DNA from: Actinomycetota bacterium
GTDB taxonomy: Bacteria > Actinomycetota > AC-67
Length of the DNA stretch: 64,000 nucleotides
Assembly: GCA_036398095.1 (NCBI GenBank)
Contig: DASWHR010000010.1
Coordinates: 2,555-66,554, forward strand
Direction of reading: 5' to 3'
Under the pieces are notes generated by a model. That model was not told the origin of the DNA. It made no database searches and saw only the letters and a list, made by a program, of their open reading frames with translations. Shown in pieces: positions 7,792-17,094 of this stretch; the stretch's first letter is position 1; each line of letters opens with the position of its first letter. A program made the position numbers and the translations under genes.

Positions 7792-8412
7792 GTGAGCGAA
7801 CTGACCAAGCGGCAGCAGCAGATCCTGCATTTCATCCGGAACGTGACCGAGCAGCGGGGCTATCCCCCGTCGGTTCGCGAGATCGGCGACGCGGTCGGCT
7901 TGAACTCGCCGTCCAGCGTGCACGCCCAACTGGCCACACTCGCCCGCCACGGCTATCTGTCGAAGGACGCCTCCAAGCCGCGAGCGATCGTGGTGCGCAT
8001 GGACTCCGAAGGCATCCCGGTCGAGGCCGCAGCCGTCGAGCACGTGCCGCTGATCGGCCGGATCGCCGCCGGCGGGCCGATCCTCGCGCAAGAGAACTTC
8101 GAGGACACGCTGCCGCTCCCGCGCGACATGCTGGGATCCGGAACGCTGTTCGCGCTGCGCGTGCAGGGCGATTCGATGATCGACGCCGGCATCTTGGACG
8201 CCGATCTGGTGATCGTTCGCCAGCAGCCCGACGCGCTCGACGGAGAGATCGTCGCCGCGCTCGTCGACGGCGAGGAAGCGACCGTCAAACGGCTCCAGCG
8301 CAAGCGCGGCAAGGTGCAGCTGATTGCCGAAAACCCGGCCTACGAGCCACTCACGCCGGACGAAGTCTCGATCCTCGGCAAAGTCGTCGCCGTGTTCCGC
8401 ACCAACGTGTAA
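7792..8412 (+). CDS. lexA: LexA repressor (S24 peptidase)
   Basis: VSELTKRQQQILHFIR...wHTH...VPLIGRIAAGGP...GDSMIDAGI...ATVKRL; GTG 7792 preceded by AAAGGAGGG RBS; the track's earlier start at 7753 would overlap the LexA box. Confidence 0.9.
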   Translation: MSELTKRQQQILHFIRNVTEQRGYPPSVREIGDAVGLNSPSSVHAQLATLARHGYLSKDASKPRAIVVRMDSEGIPVEAAAVEHVPLIGRIAAGGPILAQENFEDTLPLPRDMLGSGTLFALRVQGDSMIDAGILDADLVIVRQQPDALDGEIVAALVDGEEATVKRLQRKRGKVQLIAENPAYEPLTPDEVSILGKVVAVFRTNV

Positions 8413-8440
8413 CGCGTTTCAGCCGAAACGCCGAGCGGTG

Positions 8441-8794
8441 CTAAGCGCTGGCCGCCACACGCCAATAGCCGGTGCCGGCCGCGCTGGCAACCAGCGTGAC
8501 CGTCTCTCCCGCGCGGAACGGCCCCGAGAGGCTGTGGCTGCACGACTCGGATCCCAACAGACTCGATCGACAATGGATCTCGATCCGCCCGCCAGACGGA
8601 GATGTCGCGACGGCATCCACTTGCCCATCCATGAGGAGCTGCGACTCCGAGCCAACCCCACCGCCGGAGGCGGTGAAGGTCATCCGGCATGTCGAGATTG
8701 CGGGCGCCACCCCTGAGCACTCAGCCGCTCCCGCCTTGCCAGGAGCCATGCCCAAGGTCGCAACCGCCGCAAGCACGTACGCAGTTAGGCGCAT
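8441..8794 (-). CDS. Small secreted hypothetical protein (signal peptide, Cys-containing)
   Basis: MRLTAYVLAAVATLGMAPGKAGA signal peptide; normal amino-acid composition; no recognisable family. Confidence 0.5.
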   Translation of the reverse strand: MRLTAYVLAAVATLGMAPGKAGAAECSGVAPAISTCRMTFTASGGGVGSESQLLMDGQVDAVATSPSGGRIEIHCRSSLLGSESCSHSLSGPFRAGETVTLVASAAGTGYWRVAASA

Positions 8795-8830
8795 TGCCGA
8801 TCCATTCTTCCGCTGACGGTGCTCTTCATC

Positions 8831-10873
8831 TTACGACGTGGGCCACGCCAACCATGCGGTCTGCTTGAGCGCGTCTAGGCTGCTGCCCATCAAACCGGCC
8901 TCGGACAGGGTCAAGAGCATGTCGCCGGCGACGAACGCGCGACGGATCCCGTGCAGGCCCTGATCGGGTTGGGCAGCCGGGTGCGCGAGGCGGCCGGCTT
9001 CGGCGATCGTGGATTCGCCGACCGTCATGCCCACGGCGCCGGAAAACGAGACGCCGCCCGACGATAGGTCCCACGACTGATACGGCACCACCGCGAGGCG
9101 GCGCGACGGCCACCACAGGAACGCGTGGTGATCCTGCTCGGCTTCGCTCTGACCCGAGCCGAGCACGTGCTGCGCAAGCCGCTGCGGCTTCGCCGGATCG
9201 GACACGTCGAACAGAGACACTTGCGTCGCGGTGACGCGGCCCTGATCGTCGGCTTCCTTGCCGATCCCCAGCAAGAGCCCGTCCCCGACCGGATGCAGAT
9301 ACGACGAGAACCCGGGAATCTTCAACTCGCCGGTGACGCGCGGGTTCGCCGGATCGGACAGATCCAGCACGTAGAGCGGATCGACCTGACGGAACGTGAC
9401 GACGTAGCCCCGATCTCCCATGAATCGAACCGCGTAGATCCGTTCGCCCTGGCCGAGATTTCCGACCTTCGCCGTCACGTTCAACGACGGCCCGCTTTGG
9501 GTCAGCACCGACACGAAACTCTCACTCGACTCGCCGGATCCGCCGAATCGCTGGACGGTCGTCGCGACGCGCAGCCGGCCTTCATGTTCCGACAGCGAGA
9601 ACTGGTTCAGGACGGTGCCGTCGACCGACCCGCTCGCCAGGTAGCGCGCCGGTCCGGTCCCGGTGATGTCGAACGAGTGCAGCGCCGTCGACGCCGCCCC
9701 GCCGGGCGCAGGAACCGGTTGCTGCTGCTCGGGATACCGGGTCGTAGCGACGTAGAGCCGTTCGGGCGAGGCGTAGATCGTCTGTGCGTCGCCGAGCACC
9801 GACACGCCATCGCGCGGTTCGGGATGCATCGGGTCGACGGTCACAACCGAGATCATGCCGAACCCGGAAAACTGCTTCGGAGACGCGACCTGATCGCATG
9901 ACGCCAGCGTCCCGGTCTTCCGAACTGACTTCGGTCCGCGGCGGTCGACCATCAGATAATCCGGGCGGAAGTCTTCGGCACCCAGACTCGCGGCGATCCG
10001 GCGGTTTCGTCGTGTCGAGCTCCGCAGGGCGCTTGCGGACGAATCAGCCGGCGTGATGAACGAAATCTGATCGGGTCGCGCGCGCAGCACGAGACGCGCG
10101 ACGCCGCCGATCATGCGAGCCGAAACGTAGGCACCTTGAAGATGCAGCGTCGCGAGGGATCCGAGCCGCGCCGGATCCGACACGTCCACGACCAGAATCG
10201 TCGTGCGCTCGCGATTGCGCCAGACCTGGGGAACGCCGCGACCGATCTCTCCGGCCGACGGAGTGATCACGAGCGCCCGGTCGCCCGCAAACAGCACCTG
10301 GTGTCCCGATCCGTCGGGAAGCGCGAGCGAGTCGCGCAGCACCGGCTTGCCGCCGCGCAGCACGAGGGACCGAAGACGGTTGCCTGCGATTGCCAGGATT
10401 CGCTCGCCGTCGGTCTTGACGATGTCCGGCTCGTCGACGCCCTCCTCTTGCACGTTCGTGGTCGAGTACGAGCCGGGCGCGCCGCCGTAGGACTCTTTGG
10501 CGGCACCCCCAGCGGGTACCGCCATCGGCGCAGCTTGCGCCACGCCGTCCACGCCGGAATCCGTCGGGGCTTCCGCGGTGGAGGGCATCATCATCATGAG
10601 GTCGCCGTGGAAGTTCGCCAATTCCTGCAGCCCTTCAACACCGTAGGGGCCGGCTCGGCGGACGGCCTCTGCACGAACCTTGTCTTCAAACGCCCGGCAG
10701 TCGCCGACCGGCTCGAGCCCGACGGACGACACACTTGGACCCGCCGCAAAGACCCGCCTGGGACGCGGATCGTCGGAGGGCAGCCGCAGGCTGCGGGTCG
10801 GGACGGCCACGGACGAGGTGCAAGCCGTGGCGGCAAGCAGCACCAATGCGAACGTCCGGCGCAGGCGAGTCAT
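8831..10873 (-). CDS. Lipoprotein with C-terminal beta-propeller domain (COG4880-like secreted protein)
   Basis: Start at M39 with AAGGGGGA RBS and lipobox LLAATAC; long beta-rich sequence typical of propeller domains; the N-terminal 38 aa of the track ORF is an R-rich artefact. Confidence 0.7.
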   Translation of the reverse strand: MTRLRRTFALVLLAATACTSSVAVPTRSLRLPSDDPRPRRVFAAGPSVSSVGLEPVGDCRAFEDKVRAEAVRRAGPYGVEGLQELANFHGDLMMMMPSTAEAPTDSGVDGVAQAAPMAVPAGGAAKESYGGAPGSYSTTNVQEEGVDEPDIVKTDGERILAIAGNRLRSLVLRGGKPVLRDSLALPDGSGHQVLFAGDRALVITPSAGEIGRGVPQVWRNRERTTILVVDVSDPARLGSLATLHLQGAYVSARMIGGVARLVLRARPDQISFITPADSSASALRSSTRRNRRIAASLGAEDFRPDYLMVDRRGPKSVRKTGTLASCDQVASPKQFSGFGMISVVTVDPMHPEPRDGVSVLGDAQTIYASPERLYVATTRYPEQQQPVPAPGGAASTALHSFDITGTGPARYLASGSVDGTVLNQFSLSEHEGRLRVATTVQRFGGSGESSESFVSVLTQSGPSLNVTAKVGNLGQGERIYAVRFMGDRGYVVTFRQVDPLYVLDLSDPANPRVTGELKIPGFSSYLHPVGDGLLLGIGKEADDQGRVTATQVSLFDVSDPAKPQRLAQHVLGSGQSEAEQDHHAFLWWPSRRLAVVPYQSWDLSSGGVSFSGAVGMTVGESTIAEAGRLAHPAAQPDQGLHGIRRAFVAGDMLLTLSEAGLMGSSLDALKQTAWLAWPTS

Positions 10874-11097
10874 TGGGTTCCCCCTTACTCGATGAATCCG
10901 TCGTCCTGGGACGCTCCGAAGCGACTCGGGGTTCCGGCACGTCGAGGTTGCCCGCGCCGCCCCGGAGCGCTCAGTCGTCACACGCATGCTCGGTCACTTC
11001 GGTAGAGGATGCTCCGAATCCTGCTCGTGGGCGGGGCCCGCCACAAGGGTGTCCGGACGACCCAGATCTACACCCTCATTCCGAACAAGCTGCTTGG

Positions 11098-11925
11098 TCA
11101 ATCTCGAGGCAGGGACATGACCCAAAGCCATGGTTTGAGCCACGTGTCATTAATCCCTCGGGCGCGGTAGTTCCATACCCCGGCGACCTCGCTCGCAATA
11201 TAGAGTCCCCCGCGCGATTCCAGTCTCATCCCGTGAGGGTCCGTCGCAGAGAGTACTCCGTGATCAATATCCATCACTGCGAACTGGAAGGCTCCGCTGC
11301 TTTGGTCAACGCGCAAACCACGGTCCATGGCGGCGATCGATGTCGGCACGTCTCTGGTGGCATGCCCCGCCGGTGACAACCCTGGGCTCACTTCGATCCC
11401 TGCCCCTGACGTCCCTTCACTGGGCAACAGCACCCGAGCTTGTCCACGCAAGAGGGGATTCAATCGAACGCTGTTTCCGTTGACACTTAGGTGGCACGTA
11501 TGGTCCGCCCCCCAGGCGGCAACACCGAAATACAACATGGACGCGCTCGAGGCGACCCCTAGGGAACCGAACGCTCCCGTACCCCCGTCAACTTCAACAC
11601 GAGGCCACGCGCGAATCGAACGGCGCCCATGACCAGCAGACGCACCGGGGCCCGACTGGACGACTCCCGTCAGGAAGAGCTTCGCCTGCGCCTCCCTGTC
11701 GGCGTTCCTCACCAGAGCGAAGGCAGCAAAGGTAAACGCAGGCGCTGACTGAGTCTGTTCTTTGCAGTCAAGTTGATACTCGTCACCCGCTGAGAGGGGT
11801 ATCCGTTGAAACCAGCCGATACGGCTGTCGCCTTCGCCCCCATGCGCCGACCCGACAGGAAACAGCACAGCAATCGCCAACCCGACTGCACAGACCCGTA
11901 CGCGCGACTTCCTTCCCCGCTGCAT
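11098..11925 (-). CDS. Secreted hypothetical protein in a lower-GC patch
   Basis: Internal start M54 gives signal peptide MQRGRKSRVRVCAVGLAIAVLFPVGSAHG; local GC visibly lower than flanks; no RBS found so the start is uncertain. Confidence 0.45.
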   Translation of the reverse strand: MQRGRKSRVRVCAVGLAIAVLFPVGSAHGGEGDSRIGWFQRIPLSAGDEYQLDCKEQTQSAPAFTFAAFALVRNADREAQAKLFLTGVVQSGPGASAGHGRRSIRAWPRVEVDGGTGAFGSLGVASSASMLYFGVAAWGADHTCHLSVNGNSVRLNPLLRGQARVLLPSEGTSGAGIEVSPGLSPAGHATRDVPTSIAAMDRGLRVDQSSGAFQFAVMDIDHGVLSATDPHGMRLESRGGLYIASEVAGVWNYRARGINDTWLKPWLWVMSLPRD

Positions 11926-12097
11926 CACGACAGATGCCCAGTGAGCAGTAGCGAACGAATGCGATGCTGGCGATGTCGTGGCACGATGCCCCCTGGCATG
12001 ACAAACAATGACGGGCGAAATCTTCACGTCCAATCGACGTCCAAGTTCGACGTCCGAGCGAATTATCCTCCCTTGCCCCGGCAAAGGCGCCGAACCG

Positions 12098-12123
12098 TTC
12101 TACAGACGATGGCGAGAGTAGAA
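12098..12123. promoter_or_regulatory. Inverted repeat TTCTAC-N14-GTAGAA immediately upstream of hicB, possible TA operator
   Basis: Seen in sequence only; no match to a known motif. Confidence 0.2.
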
Positions 12124-12130
12124 TGCGGCC

Positions 12131-12334
12131 ATGACCGTTCGCTACAAGATCGCCCTCCATCGTTCGGACGAAGGGGTCGCCGTCTCCGTCCCTGGCCTTC
12201 CTGGATGTTGGTCACAAGGCAAGGACGAGGACGAAGCGATCGAGAACATCCGCGACGCGATACAGGCCTACCTATCTGTCGCGGACGAACAGCTCGAAGG
12301 AGCTGAAGTTCGGGAGATTGAAGTCGCCATCTGA
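12131..12334 (+). CDS. hicB: HicB-family antitoxin (UPF0150, short form)
   Basis: MTVRYKIALHRSDEGVAVSVPGLPGCWSQGKDEDEAIENIRDAIQAYLSV matches the HicB N-terminal fold; stop overlaps the hicA start. Confidence 0.75.
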   Translation: MTVRYKIALHRSDEGVAVSVPGLPGCWSQGKDEDEAIENIRDAIQAYLSVADEQLEGAEVREIEVAI

Positions 12335-12546
12335 TGCCGAGTATCCCGGGCATCTCGCACAAGCGCGCGGTTCGAGCTCTTCGCAAGGCAGGCTTCACGG
12401 TTGTCCGGGAAGGGAAGCACATCGTGATGTCGGATGGGGGCCGCATCCTGACGATTCCCCGAGCGAACCCGATCAATGCCTTGACGATGGGCGGCATCGC
12501 CCGAGATGCAGGCCTCAGCGTGGAAGACTTCCGCAAGCTCCTATGA
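12334..12546 (+). CDS. hicA: HicA-family mRNA interferase toxin
   Basis: SHKRAVRALRKAGFTVVREGKHIVMSDGGRILTIPRANP...: YcfA/HicA fold with conserved His. Confidence 0.75.
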   Translation: MPSIPGISHKRAVRALRKAGFTVVREGKHIVMSDGGRILTIPRANPINALTMGGIARDAGLSVEDFRKLL

Positions 12547-12642
12547 AGTCACCCGACCGTCTTCTCCATCGCACGCGCGGTGAACGCCACGTCGGTGAGG
12601 ACTGCCCGTGACGACTGTAGGCATGCGCCGTTTCTGCCTGGA

Positions 12643-14031
12643 TTAGATCTCGTCGTCGGGGGCAGCAGTGCGGGCTCGCTGCTCGGGGAGGATGTAGGGG
12701 TCGAGGCGGCCGAGTTGGTCGGCGCGGAGGCGGGCGCGGATGATCGTTCCTTCGTCGGCGTAGCGTTCGGTGACGACGGCACCGGCAGCGTGCAATGCGG
12801 CGGCTACGTCGCCGCGATCGTAGGGAATGAGCAGTTCGACTTCGATCTCGGGCCGCGGCAGCTGCGCGGCAAGCTCAGCGAGCAGCTCGTCGATCCCGTC
12901 ACCGCTCAACGCCGACACGAGCACCGCATCGGGGAAGGTTCGGCGCAGCCGCGCCAGCGTCATCTCGTCCAGTGCGTCGGTCTTGTTCACGACCAGCAAC
13001 TGCGGGATCTCGGCCGCGCCGATTTCTTGCAGCACTTCCAGCACCGAGGCGTGCTGCCCGTCGGGATCGGCGGACGAGCCGTCCACGACGTGAACGATCA
13101 GATCCGCGCGCGATGCTTCCTCAAGCGTGGACTTGAAGGCTTCGATGAGCATGTGGGGCAGGCGCCGCACGAAGCCGACGGTGTCCGACAGCACGCACGA
13201 GCGCCCGTCGGGCAGGTCCAGCCGGCGCGTCGTGGGATCCAGCGTCGAGAACAGCTTGTCTTCGACGAGCACGCCGGCTTGGGTGAGCCGGTTCAGCAGC
13301 GTGGACTTGCCGGCATTCGTATAGCCGACGATCGTGGCGGCCGGGACGCCGGCGCGTTCGCGCTGCCGGCGCTTCGTGGCGCGCGTGCGGTCCATCTCGC
13401 GGATCGAGCGTCGCAGCTTCGAGATGCGCGTCTTGATGCGGCGCCGGTCCACTTCCAGCTTCGTTTCACCCGGTCCCCGCGTGCCGATCCCGCCGCCGAG
13501 CCGCGACATCGACTCGCCCCAGCCTCGCAGCCGCGGGATCAAGTAGTTGAGTTGCGCCAGCTCGACTTGCATCTTGCCTTCGATCGAATGCGCGTGCTGA
13601 GCGAAGATGTCAAGGATCAGCGCGGTCCGGTCGATGACCTTCACTCCGACGATCTTCTCTAGGTTGCGAAGCTGGCCGGGCGAAAGCTCTTCGTCCACGA
13701 TCACGGTGTCGGCACCGAGCATCTTCACCGCGTCGCGCACCTCGTCGGCTTTGCCTTTGCCCAGGAACGTCGCCGGGTCGGGCTTGTCGCGGCGCTGCAC
13801 GAACGTGTCGAGCACTTCCGAGCCGGCGGTTTCGGCGAGGCGCTGCAATTCGGCGAGCGAGGCGTCGGCGTCCTCCGGGTCGCGACCGACGGCCAGACCG
13901 ACCAAAACCGAGCGCTCGAGCCGGACCGCTTCGCGCTCGAGTTCGATCGCGCGGAATTCGTCGGAGAGCTGTGAATCGCGCTTGCGACGCTGCTTGTCCT
14001 CGCCCTTGTCGTCCTTGGAGCGCCCCCGCAC
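12643..14031 (-). CDS. hflX: GTPase HflX
   Basis: G-domain motifs GYTNAGKSTLLN, DTVGF, NKTD plus the HflX N-domain; GTG start abuts the stop of the upstream aminotransferase. Confidence 0.9.
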   Translation of the reverse strand: MRGRSKDDKGEDKQRRKRDSQLSDEFRAIELEREAVRLERSVLVGLAVGRDPEDADASLAELQRLAETAGSEVLDTFVQRRDKPDPATFLGKGKADEVRDAVKMLGADTVIVDEELSPGQLRNLEKIVGVKVIDRTALILDIFAQHAHSIEGKMQVELAQLNYLIPRLRGWGESMSRLGGGIGTRGPGETKLEVDRRRIKTRISKLRRSIREMDRTRATKRRQRERAGVPAATIVGYTNAGKSTLLNRLTQAGVLVEDKLFSTLDPTTRRLDLPDGRSCVLSDTVGFVRRLPHMLIEAFKSTLEEASRADLIVHVVDGSSADPDGQHASVLEVLQEIGAAEIPQLLVVNKTDALDEMTLARLRRTFPDAVLVSALSGDGIDELLAELAAQLPRPEIEVELLIPYDRGDVAAALHAAGAVVTERYADEGTIIRARLRADQLGRLDPYILPEQRARTAAPDDEI

Positions 14032-15183
14032 CTACAACACCTTTCGGATTCGCTGAAGCGCCTCTTCCAGACGATCGTCGGGCGTGGTGATCGAGATCCG
14101 AATGTATCCTTCGCCGGCCTCGCCGTATCCCCGCCCGGGCGGAACGACCACGCCCGCCTCGTCCAGCAGCAGGGTTGCGAATCCGGCCGAGTCCTGACCG
14201 TCGGGCACCGGGATCCACACGTAGACCGCGCCCTTGGGCGCCGGCAGGCTCCACCCCGAATCGTTGAACGTGGCCACCACCAGATCGCGGCGCGTGGTGT
14301 AGAGCGCGATCATGTCCTTCAAGAAATTTTGCGGCCCTTCCAATGCGGCGATCCCGGCGCGCTGCACGGCGTTGAAGATGCCCGAATCGATATTGGTCTT
14401 GACGCGGCCGAGCGCTTCGATCGCGGCGGCGTTGCCGACGACGAACCCGATCCGCCAGCCGGTCATGTTGTAGGTCTTCGACAGCGAGTGAAACTCGATT
14501 GCGTGATCTTTCGCGCCCGGAACCTGCAACGCGCTAGGCGCGACGTAGCCGTCGTAGGTGATCTCCGAATACGCGTTGTCGTGGACCAGGAGCAGATCGT
14601 TCGCGCGGCAGAAGTCGACGGCCTGGGCGAAATCGTCGAGTGTCGCGACCGCTGCGGTCGGGTTGCAGGGATAGTTGAGCCAGAACAGCTTCGTCGTGTC
14701 GGGAACGGAGATCGAGTTGTAGTCGGGCAAGAAGCCGTTGCCGGCATCGAGCGTGAACGGAACCGGGATGCCGCCCGCAAGCCGCGTGCCGATGTCATAG
14801 ACCGGATACGCCGGGTCGGGCACCAGCGAGACGTCGCCGGGATCGATGTAGGCGGTGCACAGGTGCGCGATGCCTTCCTTCGATCCGATCAGCGGCAGCA
14901 CTTCGGTGTCGGGATCCAGGTCGACGTCGAAACGACGCTCATACCAGGCGGCGACGGCGCGGCGGAACTCGGGCAGGCCGAAATAGGACGGATACTGATG
15001 CGTCGCCGGATCCGCGACGGCCTCTTTCATCGCATCCACGATGTGCTGCGGCGTGGGACGGTCCGGATCACCGACGCCAAGACTGATCACGTCCATGCCC
15101 TCGGCGCGCTTCGCCTGGACCTTGCGGTCGATCTCGGCGAACAGGTACGGGGGCAGCGTCTCGATGCGGCGAGCAGGCTTCAC
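14032..15183 (-). CDS. dapL: PLP-dependent class I aminotransferase, probably LL-diaminopimelate aminotransferase
   Basis: [21 protein letters not shown]...[14 protein letters not shown] (PLP-lysine motif); adjacent to dapF. Confidence 0.7.
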   Translation of the reverse strand: MKPARRIETLPPYLFAEIDRKVQAKRAEGMDVISLGVGDPDRPTPQHIVDAMKEAVADPATHQYPSYFGLPEFRRAVAAWYERRFDVDLDPDTEVLPLIGSKEGIAHLCTAYIDPGDVSLVPDPAYPVYDIGTRLAGGIPVPFTLDAGNGFLPDYNSISVPDTTKLFWLNYPCNPTAAVATLDDFAQAVDFCRANDLLLVHDNAYSEITYDGYVAPSALQVPGAKDHAIEFHSLSKTYNMTGWRIGFVVGNAAAIEALGRVKTNIDSGIFNAVQRAGIAALEGPQNFLKDMIALYTTRRDLVVATFNDSGWSLPAPKGAVYVWIPVPDGQDSAGFATLLLDEAGVVVPPGRGYGEAGEGYIRISITTPDDRLEEALQRIRKVL

Positions 15184-15192
15184 GCAATCCTC

Positions 15193-16062
15193 CTAGACGG
15201 TTTCGGTCTTGACATGATGCGACACGAAGCGGGGATCGAGCGTTCCGCGGAAGACCTCTTCGGCCGGGCCGGTCATGAACACGCGACCGTCGCTCGCCCA
15301 GTCGATGTCGAGCGTTCCGCCGGGGAGCTTCACGGCGACCTGCCGTTCGGTGAACCCGCGGAGCGAGGATGCGACGGCGATCGCGCAGGCGCCGGTCCCG
15401 CACGCAAGCGTCTCGCCGACGCCGCGTTCCCAGACGCGCGATCGCACCTCATTGCGGTTCAAGACTTGGACGAACTCGATGTTGGCGCGCTGCGGGAACA
15501 GCGGGAGCATCTCGATCGTCGGCCCCAGGTAGCCGAACGGAACGGCATCCAGGTCGGTGACGAAGAGCACGCAGTGCGGGTTTCCCATCGACAGCGCCGT
15601 CGCGATGAAGGTGAAGTCGTCCACCTCGATGGTCTCGCGCAGCGCGTCGTCACCGGGGCCCGACAGCGGGATTCGCTTGCGCTCGATGACCGGCGGGCCC
15701 ATGTCCACGCGAACGCGCTCGACGTCGCCGCCGGGGCCGCGAAACAGCTCGAGATCCTTGATGCCCGCGCGCGTGCCGACGCGGAGCTTGTCGCCGCCGA
15801 CGAGCCCGCGGTCGGCGACGAACTTGGCCAGGCACCGGATGCCGTTGCCGCACATCTCGGCCGGCTCGCCGTCGGCGTTGTAGTAGTCCATGAAGAAGTC
15901 CGCGTCAGTCGCGGGAGCGACGCGGATCAGCCCGTCGGCGCCGATTCCGAAGTGGCGATCGCACAGCAGGCGAACCATTTCGGCGCCGACCCGGATCCGG
16001 TCCTGCAGGTCTTCGATCATCACAAAGTCGTTCCCGGCGCCCTGGCTTTTCACGAACTGCAT
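15193..16062 (-). CDS. dapF: Diaminopimelate epimerase
   Basis: MQFVKSQGAGNDFVMIED...GNGIRC...CGTGACA active-site cysteines. Confidence 0.9.
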   Translation of the reverse strand: MQFVKSQGAGNDFVMIEDLQDRIRVGAEMVRLLCDRHFGIGADGLIRVAPATDADFFMDYYNADGEPAEMCGNGIRCLAKFVADRGLVGGDKLRVGTRAGIKDLELFRGPGGDVERVRVDMGPPVIERKRIPLSGPGDDALRETIEVDDFTFIATALSMGNPHCVLFVTDLDAVPFGYLGPTIEMLPLFPQRANIEFVQVLNRNEVRSRVWERGVGETLACGTGACAIAVASSLRGFTERQVAVKLPGGTLDIDWASDGRVFMTGPAEEVFRGTLDPRFVSHHVKTETV

Positions 16063-16107
16063 CGGGTGTCCGCTCTCCTGTCGTGGTCGTGAACGTCGCG
16101 CTTTAGT

Positions 16108-17088
16108 CTACTGCGGCCGGAGGGGCGAGCCGCTGTCTTTCCCGCCGAACCAGACCCCGACCGGATCGGCGATCTGGGCCGGGTCGTCCGCGTCGAACCA
16201 GCGGATGCGCGGATCCTTTCGGAACCAGGTCATCTGCCGGCGAGCATAGCGCCACGTCGCGGACTCGATCGCCGCCTGCGCCTCATCGAGGCTGATCGTG
16301 CCGTCGAGGTGCGCGACGATCTCGCCGTAGGCGATCGCACGCGACGCGGTGAGTGCGCTGCGAAGCCCGCGGTCCAGGAGCGCGCGGACCTCATCCACAA
16401 GACCGGCTTCGAACATCCGGCCCGTTCGTCGCGCGATCCGAGTCTTGAGGATCTCGGGAGGAAGCGCGATTCCGGCAACGGTCAGATCGTAGGGACTCTC
16501 GTACCGGTCCCAGGCTTCGCGGAACGCGCTGAACGGCGACCCCGTCAGTTGCGTCACCTCGAGCGCACGCACAACGCGGCGAAGGTTCGACGGGTCGATT
16601 GAAGCGGCCGCGACCGGATCCAGCGATCGCAGCCGCTCGCGCAACGCGTCCGGATCCTGTTCGGCTATCGCCGAGCGCACGGCCTCATCCGTCGGGGGGA
16701 AGGTCAGGTCGTCGACGACGGCGCGGAAATACAAGCCCGATCCGCCGACGAGCAACGGCACTCGGCGACCCATCGCGACCCGGCCGATCGCGGCGCGCGC
16801 GACCTGCTGGAACTGCGCCACGCTGTAGGGATCGGCGGGGTCGGCGATATCGATCAGGTGATGCACGACGCGGTCGCGGTCGGCGGGCGGCGGCTTCGCG
16901 GTGCCGATGTCCATGCCGCGGTAGATGGTCATCGAATCCACCGCGACGATTTCGGCGCCCATCCGCTCGGCGACGCGCATCGCGATCTCGCTCTTGCCCG
17001 ATCCCGTCGGCCCGACGATCGCCGCGATGCGGATCTGGGCGGTCGCCGGGTCGCCGCGCAGCGCGCCGGTCGAGGCAGGCTCGGCCAT
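16108..17088 (-). CDS. miaA: tRNA dimethylallyltransferase
   Basis: P-loop GPTGSGKS and MiaA family body. Confidence 0.9.
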   Translation of the reverse strand: MAEPASTGALRGDPATAQIRIAAIVGPTGSGKSEIAMRVAERMGAEIVAVDSMTIYRGMDIGTAKPPPADRDRVVHHLIDIADPADPYSVAQFQQVARAAIGRVAMGRRVPLLVGGSGLYFRAVVDDLTFPPTDEAVRSAIAEQDPDALRERLRSLDPVAAASIDPSNLRRVVRALEVTQLTGSPFSAFREAWDRYESPYDLTVAGIALPPEILKTRIARRTGRMFEAGLVDEVRALLDRGLRSALTASRAIAYGEIVAHLDGTISLDEAQAAIESATWRYARRQMTWFRKDPRIRWFDADDPAQIADPVGVWFGGKDSGSPLRPQ

Positions 17089-17094
17089 CGCGCT

